A stretch of DNA of 64,000 nt from a virus: positions 41,083 to 105,082 of the IMG/VR virus record IMGVR_UViG_3300022903_000002; one strand, given 5' to 3'. A program made the translations under genes and the position numbers. Each line of letters starts with the position of its first letter. The stretch's first letter is position 1. The notes below the pieces were generated by a model. It was not told the DNA's origin. It searched no databases and saw only the letters and a program-made list of their open reading frames with translations. Positions 39,696 through 48,758 of the stretch are shown here, piece by piece.

Positions 39696-41218
39696 CCGGT
39701 CTTCACCTCACTGGTCTGCTGGTGGTCTTTTGGGGTGGTCGCGTCCGCCTGGTCGTTGCCGCGGTGTCCGCCTCCGACCGGTCGCGGACCGGCCTCCTGG
39801 ATCCGCTTGAGAGCCCAACTCGGGGAGAACCCGAACCGCTTGGCGAGGGCACGCTTCGACAGCGGCGACCCTGCCTGGACACTGGCGAGGTACGCGTCCA
39901 CTGCACGCTGGTTGTCCTCGGTGGATGGTTGCGGCTTGGTGGTCGCGTTCACATGGTCGCGTCCGGTCTTCCGGGTGGACTTCTTGGCCGGTCGCGTCCG
40001 GTTGGCCGGGTGGTCTTTTGGGGTGGTCGCGTCCGCCTGGTCACTGGACGCAGGAGGCTGGACGTTCGGGTAGTCGCGTCCACTGGTTTCGATGGCGGCG
40101 CGTCCGGTCGCGGTAGTGGTCGCGTCCACCGGTCGCGGGGTGGTCGCGTCCACCGGTCGCGGGGTGGTCGCGTCCACCGGTCGCGGGGTGGTCGCGTCCA
40201 GGTGGTCGCTCGGCCGCGTCCGGGTGGTCGCGGACAGGGTGGTCGCGGCGCCGTCCGTCCAGAACAGCCGGACGCGGGTCTTGGGTCCGGTGACCGGACG
40301 CGCGACGGTGGACGCGACCACCAACCGGACGGAGGGCCGGCGGTCTTTCGCGAGCCGCTTCTGGTTCTTCGCGATCGCCCTCTTGCGGTCGATCCTGTCG
40401 ATCTCCGTGACGGCCGCGGTCCACGCCTCGTCAACGGTTCTGATGCCGTAGCGGACCGCGAGGGACCATGCATGCCACGTGATGCGCGGGAACCGCAGCC
40501 ACCGGAGGATCCCGAACCGCGGCCGGGCCTCAGCGACCTTCCCTTTCGCGCGCAGGTGCTTGCGGTGAATCAGCGAGGAGTACAGCTCCCACAGGGCGAT
40601 GCCGACGAGGCTCATGGCACCGTAGGAGACCGCTTTGGGGTTGGGGTCGAGGTTGATGTGCTGACGTATCGTCTGCGCGTTAAGGCGTTCGGTGACGACA
40701 GGGCAGGCGTGCCAGTAGTTCATCGCGCCGGCCGAGCAGGCGAACAGCCAAGTCGCGAACCGGAATAGTGCGCCCCGGTCACCATCTTTGCGCGCTTGGT
40801 GGTACATCCAGCCGGTGAAAGCGGTCGTCAGCTCCCATGCGGCGGCAAATATCAGGGCGCCGAGAAGGGGCCAGCCGAGTTTGTCGTGCGCGAATCCGAT
40901 CTGCCCAATCCACGCGACCGCCATAGGAGCGAGAATCGGCCCCGTGATCATGACTCGCCGACCGACCGTTGGCATTAGCGCCTGGATCTTCTTCGCAAGT
41001 TTCTGCCGGGCGTGCTGGCGTCGAATGCGGCGCTTCGCCTGTTCGTTGGCGCGGGTCTGCTTCTTCTCCTCGTCGAGGATCAGTTTCTGCCGCTCGCGCT
41101 GAAGGCGCAGCTGTTCCCGTTCGTGGCTGAGACGAACACGGGTCTCTTCGGTGATGCGTGCCTGCTCGGCGGAGACCTGGATACGGGTGGCTTTGCGGTC
41201 GGCGGGGATCTCGCTCAT
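39692..41218 (-). CDS. DUF2637/Spd-like spread protein
   Basis: Coiled coil, about four TM segments (..GAMNYWH), low-complexity repeat region, C-terminal HTH (SKRALAKRFGFSPSWA). Confidence 0.7.
   Translation of the reverse strand: MSEIPADRKATRIQVSAEQARITEETRVRLSHEREQLRLQRERQKLILDEEKKQTRANEQAKRRIRRQHARQKLAKKIQALMPTVGRRVMITGPILAPMAVAWIGQIGFAHDKLGWPLLGALIFAAAWELTTAFTGWMYHQARKDGDRGALFRFATWLFACSAGAMNYWHACPVVTERLNAQTIRQHINLDPNPKAVSYGAMSLVGIALWELYSSLIHRKHLRAKGKVAEARPRFGILRWLRFPRITWHAWSLAVRYGIRTVDEAWTAAVTEIDRIDRKRAIAKNQKRLAKDRRPSVRLVVASTVARPVTGPKTRVRLFWTDGAATTLSATTRTRPSDHLDATTPRPVDATTPRPVDATTPRPVDATTTATGRAAIETSGRDYPNVQPPASSDQADATTPKDHPANRTRPAKKSTRKTGRDHVNATTKPQPSTEDNQRAVDAYLASVQAGSPLSKRALAKRFGFSPSWALKRIQEAGPRPVGGGHRGNDQADATTPKDHQQTSEVKTG
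39721..40250. repeat. clt-like repeat region: ~3.5 x 24-bp tandem GTGGTCGCGTCCACCGGTCGCGGG plus a 34-bp direct repeat
   Basis: Tandem array ~40116-40200; identical 34-mers at 39721-39754 and 40009-40042; many GGTCGCG copies. Confidence 0.85.
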
Positions 41219-41532
41219 GCCGCCACCTCGTCGCGTTGCTGCTGGATCTTCTGGCGTTCGTCGATGTTGTAACCGCCCCAGATGCCGTACTGGTCGTGAC
41301 GGTCAAGCGCGTCTTCCAAGCAGTCGACACGGACCGGGCAGCCCTCGCAGATCGACCTAGCGAGCGGCGCACGCCGTCCCTTCGCCGGGTACCAGGCGTC
41401 CCCTCCGACGTCACGGCACGCGGCGTCGTCCTGCCATTCGAGGCCCCGCATGTCCAAGGCGAGGGCATGGAGGAAGGAGGCGACACCACTGCCCCAGGGG
41501 GAGGATGCGTGGTGGCGTTGGCGGGCGGTCAT
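41215..41532 (-). CDS. whiB: WhiB-family transcription factor
   Basis: W...AAC, CEGCPVRVDC, GIWGG. Confidence 0.9.
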   Translation of the reverse strand: MTARQRHHASSPWGSGVASFLHALALDMRGLEWQDDAACRDVGGDAWYPAKGRRAPLARSICEGCPVRVDCLEDALDRHDQYGIWGGYNIDERQKIQQQRDEVAA

Positions 41533-41535
41533 GGC

Positions 41536-41979
41536 TCAGACCTCTTCGTTCGCGTTGTCGGGGAACAGCTCGGCGTCCAAGGCGGCGAGCCACTCTTCGT
41601 CCTTGCGGGACAGTTCGACGGTCATGGACTCGGGATGGCCAGCCGGCGGGGCGTCGAAGGAGCGGACGACGCTGCAGCAGGAGCAGGTCTCCCCGTACTG
41701 GCGGAGCTCGCCATCGGTCACGTACTCCAGCGGCACCCAGCCGTGCCCGTCCCGGACGCAGTCCTCGATCTGCGTGCATGACGCGCACAGCATCTGCAGG
41801 GACCCGTCCGGCTGCTCGGTGATCGACCACATGAAGTCGACGGGCAGGAGGCGGAGGGCCGTACCGCGGGAAGTGAAGAGCGGCTGGACGTCCTCGTAGC
41901 CCTTCCACCAGTCCGGTCCACACATGTCGCAGGTTGCGGTGGTCGCACCATAGGTTTTGCCGAACGTCATCGGGTTCAC
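41536..41979 (-). CDS. Cys-rich hypothetical protein
   Basis: CxxC pairs; GGAGG RBS. Confidence 0.55.
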   Translation of the reverse strand: MNPMTFGKTYGATTATCDMCGPDWWKGYEDVQPLFTSRGTALRLLPVDFMWSITEQPDGSLQMLCASCTQIEDCVRDGHGWVPLEYVTDGELRQYGETCSCCSVVRSFDAPPAGHPESMTVELSRKDEEWLAALDAELFPDNANEEV

Positions 41980-42091
41980 CTCCCGTTGGTGGTCGTGTCG
42001 GTGGTCTGGGTGTTGTCGGCGGCCTGCTGCTCGAGCTGGCGACGCAGGAACTGCTGATCGACTCCGTGGCCGACCGGGTCGGTGTAGGCGC

Positions 42092-42472
42092 TCATGACCG
42101 ACCTCCTTCGGCGCGGGCGGGGTAGTGGTCGCCGAGGTGGTAGCGCTTGTACGTGCCCTCTGGCACGTTCAGGGAGTGCCGCTTGCCGTTCTTGCCGCGA
42201 ACCACGAGGACCCACACAGACCGGCACTCCACCGGGAGGGGCATCTGCTTGCAGTACGGGGCGGGGCTCACCATGCGCAGGGAGCGTCGAGCGGTGACGA
42301 CACCGGTGATGTTGGGCTTCGTCGTGGGCCTTGCGCTGGTGGGCCCTGGGTGGGTGGGTGCTGCGCTCGGAGGCTTTGTGGGCTCCGTGCGCGGCGCCGA
42401 GCCGGTGCTGGCGCATCCAGCCGTACCTACGAGCAAGCCAGCGGCAGCGACCACGCTGATGAGTTTCGTCAT
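42092..42472 (-). CDS. Putative lipoprotein
   Basis: Signal peptide with lipobox-like TAGC; Pro/Thr linker. Confidence 0.65.
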   Translation of the reverse strand: MTKLISVVAAAGLLVGTAGCASTGSAPRTEPTKPPSAAPTHPGPTSARPTTKPNITGVVTARRSLRMVSPAPYCKQMPLPVECRSVWVLVVRGKNGKRHSLNVPEGTYKRYHLGDHYPARAEGGRS

Positions 42473-42605
42473 GCCGTCACCGCCCGGTCAGGGTGGAACT
42501 CGTGGTCGACGTCAGCGGCGCGGACGGTGTGTCCACCGTCGTCCCAGCAGTCGAACTGGATCGGGCCGCCGGTCAGGGACGTCTGGTGAATTGGGCAACG
42601 AGCGT

Positions 42606-43229
42606 TCATCGGACGTCACCGCCCGCGCTGTAGAGCGAAGCGATGACCTCATCGAGGTCGACGCCATCGTCCGCACTCAGATCCGAGAACGCCGGATCGG
42701 TGCTGTAGCCGTGGCGTCCCAGCACCTCACTGATCTCAGCGAGTGCCTCGGTGGCGTTCGCCGGGACCGGCCCGCCGCTCCCGCTGAGGCCCTCCACGAT
42801 CCGGCTGACCGAGCCGGCGAGCACCGCCAGATCCATGTCGGCGCGCACCGCGGCGGGAATCCGCAGGTTCGGGTGAGGGGCGTGACCCTCGTGCTCGTGG
42901 CACTCGACCGTGGTGACGACGAGGGAGTGAGTGGTTCCGCGGGTCTCGACGCGGCCCGTGGCGGTGACAGTTGGCGGTTGCAGGATCCTGCCCGGTCCGC
43001 GGACCGGACCGATCAGATCACGGAACTCCTGGTAGTAGAGCGGGAAGACGATGATGCCGATGGATACGTGTTCGCCGCTCAGGCGGAACTCTGCCCAGTC
43101 GTTGCCTTGCCTGGTGCGGTGGGGGCTGTGGCCGTTGAGGATGCCGGTGACAGTGACGATCTCGCCGTCCTCGTGGAGACCGGCAGCGATCGAGGTGATC
43201 GACGGTCCCTGGATGGTGTAGGTCTTCAT
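42606..43229 (-). CDS. OB-fold protein resembling the DnaE C-terminal OB domain
   Basis: VTVTGI......TRQG..WA...L........IVFP..Y ... VTATGRVE. Confidence 0.6.
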   Translation of the reverse strand: MKTYTIQGPSITSIAAGLHEDGEIVTVTGILNGHSPHRTRQGNDWAEFRLSGEHVSIGIIVFPLYYQEFRDLIGPVRGPGRILQPPTVTATGRVETRGTTHSLVVTTVECHEHEGHAPHPNLRIPAAVRADMDLAVLAGSVSRIVEGLSGSGGPVPANATEALAEISEVLGRHGYSTDPAFSDLSADDGVDLDEVIASLYSAGGDVR

Positions 43230-44079
43230 CGGTTCGCACCGCCGTCCTCGTCACCGAGGAACGTGCCGAGCACCTGGATGCCGTTCGAGATCGGAACCTC
43301 ACGGACCGCAGGCTTGGAGATGCGGTCGCGGATCACGGAGACGAAGATCGCCAGGACGATGGCACCGAACGGGACGATCAGAATCGACGCTTCCGTGTAA
43401 CGGATCCATGCGGGTGCGCTCATCGGGGTGAGGAGTGTGAGACCGAGGACCGCGTAGTAGGCGCCGACCGCAACGGTGGGCTTGTAGAGGGTCATGTCGT
43501 CACCTCCCGTTCTGGTGTTGGGTCTTGTCGTACTGGTCGCGGAGGAAGTCGCTCTCGCTGCTGTCGAAGTCGTCGCCGTAGTGCATGACGATGGGGAGGG
43601 CACGCATCAGGACACCCCCGGCAGGTTGCGCTGGTGCTCCATGCCCATCGCGAACGCACCAGCGACGGCAGCGAGGAAGCCATCGACCTCGTCGGTGACG
43701 TCCGCGCCGTTCAGCTGAGCGTCCAGCGCGGCAGCGAGAGCGGTCACGTTGATGGAGGCGGGTACCCGGAACTGCGGGATGCTGTCGTCGTCCGCGATGG
43801 GGCGAGGAACGCCATGCTCTAGAGTGAGTGCCACAGGATCGGTTCCTCTCGTGATGGGGCGGTGACAGGTCCTGCTCGCCCCGTTCCGGTGTTCGCGCAC
43901 CGGGCGGGGCTTCTTGCTGTTCGCGAGGGCGGTCACCATTCGGCTCGCCCCACATCGGTGATCTCTTGTTGACACCGGCAGGTCTGGCAGAAGGCGGTCT
44001 CGCCGATCGTCCACATCGATGCACTACCGGTCGGCCACAGGTAGTGGGCGCAGACGAGCACGACTCGTAAGGCAGCCAT
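43226..44079 (-). CDS. Small coupled genes (43226-43496 membrane, 43500-43610, 43607-43834, 43933-44079 Cys-rich)
   Basis: RBSs and overlapping stop/start codons. Confidence 0.5.
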
Positions 44080-44297
44080 CAGGCGACCGCCTCAGGTAGT
44101 GGGGGGCTGATCCGACGCCGCTCCAAATATTCGGCGACCGACTGCTTGTAGATCTTGATGGGGGCGTTACGGGCAGGCCCCTTGACGGCCTGAAGCTCCC
44201 CGTTCCTGACGAGCCGCCTCACGGTCCACCGTGAGAGATGAAGCTCTTTGCAGGTCTCCGCTGTCGAAAGGAACACGTTGCTACCCTCGCTCTCCAT
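44079..44297 (-). CDS. Excisionase-like (HTH_17/MerR-type) DNA-binding protein; first gene of the leftward transfer operon
   Basis: FLSTAETCKELHLSRWTVRRLVRNGELQA. Confidence 0.8.
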   Translation of the reverse strand: MESEGSNVFLSTAETCKELHLSRWTVRRLVRNGELQAVKGPARNAPIKIYKQSVAEYLERRRISPPLPEAVA

Positions 44298-44380
44298 GTA
44301 GCAGTACGCTACAAGATGCACCAAGATGCTGCAAGGGGGTCTGGCCAAGAGGTTGTTCCAACTTGTTGCAAGGCGCTACA
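44297..44380. promoter_or_regulatory. Divergent switch of the transfer module: operators and leftward promoter
   Basis: TGTAGC-N5-GCTACA (44297-44313) and TGTTGC-N5-GCTACA (44364-44380); minus-strand TTGCAG-N17-TAGCGT 8 nt before the ATG. Confidence 0.65.
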
Positions 44381-44388
44381 ACAGACCT

Positions 44389-44742
44389 ATGAGCGCAGAT
44401 GAACCGGGCGCCCGTTTCGCAGCCGAGGTCGACGCCAGACGGAAAGCGATGGGTCGCGCGGTCGGGTGGCTGGAGGATCGATCGGGTATCGCTCGCAGCA
44501 CGGTTGGCCGCTGGCGAAGAGGCCTTGCTGCGCCAACACCAGAGCCGGTGATCGCGATTGCCGATGCCCTCGGCATGGACCGGACGACAGCGCTGCAACT
44601 CGCTGGGCTCTCTCCGGCGATCGCGGTGGGTGAGGCGGGCGAGCCGATGGCGTTGACCAGGATTCACATTGATGTCCTGCTGGCCGAAATACGTAGGCGA
44701 ATCCCCAATGCTGACGACACTGCGTCTGAAGGCTCGGACTAG
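44389..44742 (+). CDS. XRE-family repressor
   Basis: L..RSGIARSTVGRW..G...P......IADALG. Confidence 0.8.
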   Translation: MSADEPGARFAAEVDARRKAMGRAVGWLEDRSGIARSTVGRWRRGLAAPTPEPVIAIADALGMDRTTALQLAGLSPAIAVGEAGEPMALTRIHIDVLLAEIRRRIPNADDTASEGSD

Positions 44743-44920
44743 TAAGTGGTGGCAGGTTGTGGTTTCTTGGCGCACGACACCACCGTCCGCCTTGCGGGCG
44801 AACCACTGCCATGTAGCAAGGCTGCAACTCGCTGCAGTAACCATGGAGGGATACTGCAGTTCTGTGCACCATCCGCAGTTACCCTGCAATTACACGTTGA
44901 GAAGCCTCTAGGGAGGCGGG

Positions 44921-45583
44921 ATGGACCCGGCTCAGGAGTGGACGGGGCGCACAGCCACCGCGCTCCGCAAAGCCCTACGATTGACCGTCGACCGGTTCGC
45001 CAGCCGACTCGGAGTAGCACCGCGGACTGTCGCGAATTGGTCAGCGCAGCCCGATATGGTCCCGCGCGTAAGCGTGCAGGACGCACTCGACGACCTGCTC
45101 GGCCAGGCGACTCCCGCCGTCCGAGAGCGCTTCACGGAACTTGCTGATGGCAATGAGGGTGCGTCGGTAGGCCATGCTCAATCGCTCCGTGTCGCGATCT
45201 CGGTGGTAACCCGGAATCGAGACGTGCTGCTCGTGAAGCGCCGTGATGACGGGGCAGGGATCTCTTGGCAGTTCCCGGCCGGCGTCATCAAACCGGGCGA
45301 ACGCGGCGAAGACGTAGCCGTGCGGGAGACCCTTGGGGAGACCGGCGTTCACTGCATCGTGCAACAGCCGATCGGCTCCCGGCTCCACCCCGTGACGGGT
45401 GTGTACTGCGACTACTACGCCTGCGACTTCCTCACGGGAGAAGCAGTGAACCGGGATACCGTGGAAAATGCCGGTGTCGCATGGGTGTCGCGCCAGGATC
45501 TGACCCGGTTCGTCGCCCGTGACAAGGTGTACCCGCCGATCTTGCGCTTCCTGGAGGAACAGCGTGACGCAGCCCACCGATAG
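44921..45583 (+). CDS. XRE-HTH-Nudix hydrolase fusion
   Basis: N-terminal HTH (FA.RLGVA.RTVANW); Nudix box PAGVIKPGE......VRETLGETG. Confidence 0.85.
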   Translation: MDPAQEWTGRTATALRKALRLTVDRFASRLGVAPRTVANWSAQPDMVPRVSVQDALDDLLGQATPAVRERFTELADGNEGASVGHAQSLRVAISVVTRNRDVLLVKRRDDGAGISWQFPAGVIKPGERGEDVAVRETLGETGVHCIVQQPIGSRLHPVTGVYCDYYACDFLTGEAVNRDTVENAGVAWVSRQDLTRFVARDKVYPPILRFLEEQRDAAHR

Positions 45584-46001
45584 CCGCCCCGTCATCGCAG
45601 CGGCCGTGATCGTCAAAGACGGTCGCTTCCTGCTCGTGCAGCGGGCCGTCTCGGAGGGCAGCCTGTCGTGGCAGTTCCCGGCCGGCGAAGTCGAGCAGGG
45701 CGAATTGGTAGAGGACGCGGCTGTTCGGGAGACCGCCGAGGAGGCCGGGCTCGTCGTTGTCGCTAAGAGCAGGCTGGGGGAACGGATCCATCCCGCCACG
45801 GGCCGCGAGATGGTCTACGTCGAGTGCGAAGTCATCGACGGAGAAGCGCACGCCGCGGACGATGAGGAGATCGCTGCAGTCTCCTGGATCCGTCTCGACG
45901 AGATCCCCGAGTACGTCCCCTACGGCTTCTACAGGCCGGTGCACGAACACCTTGCCGAGAGGCTGGGAGGCGGACCGCGCGAGCGCACCACCGGCGAGTG
46001 A
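45564..46001 (+). CDS. Nudix hydrolase
   Basis: WQFPAGEVEQGE....AAVRETAEEAG. Confidence 0.88.
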   Translation: MTQPTDSRPVIAAAVIVKDGRFLLVQRAVSEGSLSWQFPAGEVEQGELVEDAAVRETAEEAGLVVVAKSRLGERIHPATGREMVYVECEVIDGEAHAADDEEIAAVSWIRLDEIPEYVPYGFYRPVHEHLAERLGGGPRERTTGE

Positions 46002-46015
46002 AGTTCGGCTCACCC

Positions 46016-46043
46016 GAAGCCCTGGCCTAACGGCTGGGGCTTC
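46016..46043 (+). terminator. Terminator hairpin after the Nudix genes
   Basis: GAAGCCCTGGCC-taac-GGCTGGGGCTTC. Confidence 0.6.
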
Positions 46044-46269
46044 TGTCATCTCTGGGGTCGATGTAGCAGCGGGGCGCTGAGAGCCACCAGGAACTCCCAT
46101 ATGGCTCGGACCTATAGTCGCCCATGAGCAAGGGGCTTTGCGGCCCGCACGTTCCTCCTGGGTGTCGTTTTTGAGGGCATGGCGAAACATGCGCCTCGCT
46201 GTCGAAGGCATAGCAATGGACTCCGTCCTCTCGGAGCGCCGTTCTCGCGTGCGCACGCGCGAGGGGCTC

Positions 46270-46676
46270 CTGGAAGGGGAAGGGGATAGGGGAAGGGGAA
46301 ACCAATACTTCCCACCGTTACTACTCCCCTTCCCCTGTGCCCGACGGGTATCCCTCGCTTAGGGTTCCCGGAAGGGTTCGCTAAGGGTTCTTGGAACCCT
46401 TAGCGAAGGGTTGTGACCTGCAAGGACGCTGGTTCACGGGCTTGCGGCGAACCATGACCTCCCGCCCTCGAAACGGTTGGCCGAAATAGGGGTAGGAAAG
46501 CTGCAAAAACAGGGCCGGTGGCCGCAGTCAGCACGTCCGGTTGTGAGCCTCGTGAACTGCGAGCAGGAAAAATGCGGCAGGGCTTATGTTTCCCCAGGTA
46601 GAAACCCCCGGCGAAGGGTTCCCGTAACCCTTTATAGAACCCTTGGGGGAACCCTTAGAGAAGGGTTGTGACCTGC
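46270..46676. repeat. Iteron-like AAGGGTT/AACCCTT arrays (origin-like)
   Basis: Two clusters with 11-12 bp spacing; 29-bp direct repeat at 46393-46421 / 46648-46676 with one mismatch. Confidence 0.75.
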
Positions 46677-46786
46677 GCTTTCGCGTATCTCGCGCACAAC
46701 ACTGAGAAGGACGCTGATCGGCGCGTGGTGGACTACCTGATCGAGCATGACCGGCGGGATCTGCTCGCGCCAGCCGTGTCCCGCGG

Positions 46787-46993
46787 CTAGACCCGCACGC
46801 CGTGGATCACCCAAGGGCGAATCTGGTCCTGCGTCGCTGACCCGCTGTACACCGATGCCGCTACGTTCGCGAGCGTTGCATGGACCTGGGCCTCAAGCAG
46901 AAGGTTCGTCTTCGTGGTCTCGTTCTTCTCGAACCTCGCCTTGTTGAGGAGGCTCTCGGCTTCCTTGACGTGCTGTGGTCCGTTCATCGCCAT
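46787..46993 (-). CDS. Small conserved actinophage-type hypothetical protein
   Basis: MNGPQH..EAE.LL...AQVHATLA motif. Confidence 0.6.
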   Translation of the reverse strand: MAMNGPQHVKEAESLLNKARFEKNETTKTNLLLEAQVHATLANVAASVYSGSATQDQIRPWVIHGVRV

Positions 46994-47144
46994 GTGCTCA
47001 TCGTGCCCGATCGTTAGCTCTGCGAGCACCTGGTGACCTATGGCCGGTACCGGACCGATGCTTGCCCGGCCAGTCCCGTGAGCCCTGAAGGTGGCTGGGT
47101 TTAACGTGACGAACCGAGACGAGATCCGATCAAAGGAGATCGCT

Positions 47145-47468
47145 GTGACTACTGATGCGCGCTCCGGCGCCGCCCCCGCCGAGAACCCCCAGGTCGATCG
47201 GGCCATGGCTGTATACGACAACCTGAACGCGGCCGAGCAGCGTGAGGTGTTCCGGACGGTCTACCGTGCCGTGGCCGAGTACGGCCGTACACGCCACGTT
47301 GACCACCTCATCCGCCTCGCGGAAAGTGTGGAAGGGATGGTCCGCATCGAAAGTCACGACCCGGGCGCGCGCGAAGCGATCCGAGACAGCGCCAGTCGGC
47401 CGCTACCTCACAGCGCAGCCGAGGGCACTGACCTCGATGACGTGATCAAGGAGCTGCGGGAGGCGTAA
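47145..47468 (+). CDS. Hypothetical protein (antitoxin-like position)
   Basis: AAGGAG RBS; TAATG-coupled to the next gene. Confidence 0.55.
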   Translation: MTTDARSGAAPAENPQVDRAMAVYDNLNAAEQREVFRTVYRAVAEYGRTRHVDHLIRLAESVEGMVRIESHDPGAREAIRDSASRPLPHSAAEGTDLDDVIKELREA

Positions 47469-47782
47469 TGGGCGGGTGGCGGTTAACCCCACACGGTGAG
47501 GCTGTCTTAGCCGAGTGGAAGAAGACCGCCACTCCCGCCCACCAGCACCGCTTAGGTGAGGTCCTCGACTCGATCGGAGATGGGTCGTGGGAAGGCCGCT
47601 GGTGGAATGAGCCGTACCCACCTAACCCGGACTTCACGGAACTCCGCGCCGGCGACGGGCTCATCGTCCTGGCGAAGGGGACCCTCGACGGCGAGGAAGA
47701 GCTCACGTGGATCGACTTCGCCGGGATCTGGGTCGTGGACCGTGACGACGCAGACCTGCCTATTTCCGAGGGCACCGACTAG
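47468..47782 (+). CDS. Hypothetical protein (RelE-like size and pattern)
   Basis: 104 aa; predicted strand-helix-helix-strands pattern. Confidence 0.5.
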   Translation: MGGWRLTPHGEAVLAEWKKTATPAHQHRLGEVLDSIGDGSWEGRWWNEPYPPNPDFTELRAGDGLIVLAKGTLDGEEELTWIDFAGIWVVDRDDADLPISEGTD

Positions 47783-48095
47783 ATTCACCGCGTGTCCCGC
47801 GGTCGTGCGGAGTCCCCGTAAGCCAGGCCCGGCGTCCTGAACCCCACAGGATCCCGGCGGAGCGAACATTCCTGACTTTGGACAATCCTTCAGAATCACC
47901 AAAGGTTAGAAGTTACTCTGGCCGAGCAGGCGACCGAGCGACCGCCTACCTGGGAGCAAATCCCGATCCGGCAAGTTGTAAACGAATCGCCTCAAGGCCG
48001 CCCGGACTGGTGCACGTCTGGTCTGGGACACAGAACGAGGCGCCCTCCACTGGAGGAACGCCTCGTCTGTCCGGACGGTCGGTCGGGTCAGGGGA

Positions 48096-48245
48096 TCAAA
48101 TCTGAGCCCGACCGGCCATCCGCTTCAACCTTCTCGCTGCGAGGGTGACTCCGAGGGCGAAGCCCCCGGCGCCGATCGCGAGTGCGCTGGCATAGAGTGC
48201 CGTCGCGTCGCAGCCCCGCAACGCTCTTCGTGCGTGCCGGTCCAT
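48096..48245 (-). CDS. 49-aa single-TM peptide
   Basis: MDRHARR..ALYASALAIGAGGFALGVTLAARRLKR; AGGAGGTG RBS. Confidence 0.5.
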   Translation of the reverse strand: MDRHARRALRGCDATALYASALAIGAGGFALGVTLAARRLKRMAGRAQI

Positions 48246-48439
48246 ATGGTGGTTCACCTCCTCTCCGTCTTCGTGCGGACTGTTGACGTCCGCTGTGGAG
48301 GTGAGTGCCGCATGGGCGACGAGGGGAACGTTAGTCGTGCCAGGGGTGGTGAGGTGGGGGATCGGACATTTGTTGCATGTGTCCGGTTTGGGGGGATCCT
48401 GCCCGCTGGGCTGTCGGGGGCGGTTCCTAGGATGCGGTC

Positions 48440-48655
48440 ATGGCCGACTTCGACATCCCTGCTGACCTCGTACAACTACGTCGTGACTTCGTGAAGGCCG
48501 ATGCTGCCCGGGCCGACGAGGGCGAGTCCGCTGCGGAGGCGCACCGTGAGGCGCAGAGACTCGCGGAGGCGATCCACGACCACCCGTGGTGGGCCGTGTG
48601 CGGCGGGAACCGGTTCGACGCCCGTATGGCGCTGATCGCCGCGGCGAAAGCCTGA
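48440..48655 (+). CDS. Small hypothetical protein
   Basis: FDIPADL..L...F ... IHDHPWW...R..ARMAL. Confidence 0.6.
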   Translation: MADFDIPADLVQLRRDFVKADAARADEGESAAEAHREAQRLAEAIHDHPWWAVCGGNRFDARMALIAAAKA

Positions 48656-48758
48656 TATCGGGGGTTCAGGTCGCCCGCAACTAGACGACTTTCCGCAGGT
48701 CACTTCACATGCGACCGTGCGCGGGTACCGTCCCCATTGACACCCCTGGGAGGGCTCG

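Noticed and set aside
40110-40210. CRISPR-like array
   Set aside because: Tandem 24-bp units without unique spacers, inside a CDS, and no cas genes
46027-46362. Replication initiator gene over the iteron region
   Set aside because: Only short, low-complexity ORFs in several frames with no initiator domain
24620-47000. Independent AICE with att boundaries
   Set aside because: No flanking direct repeats or rep gene found by eye; not excluded without a computational repeat search
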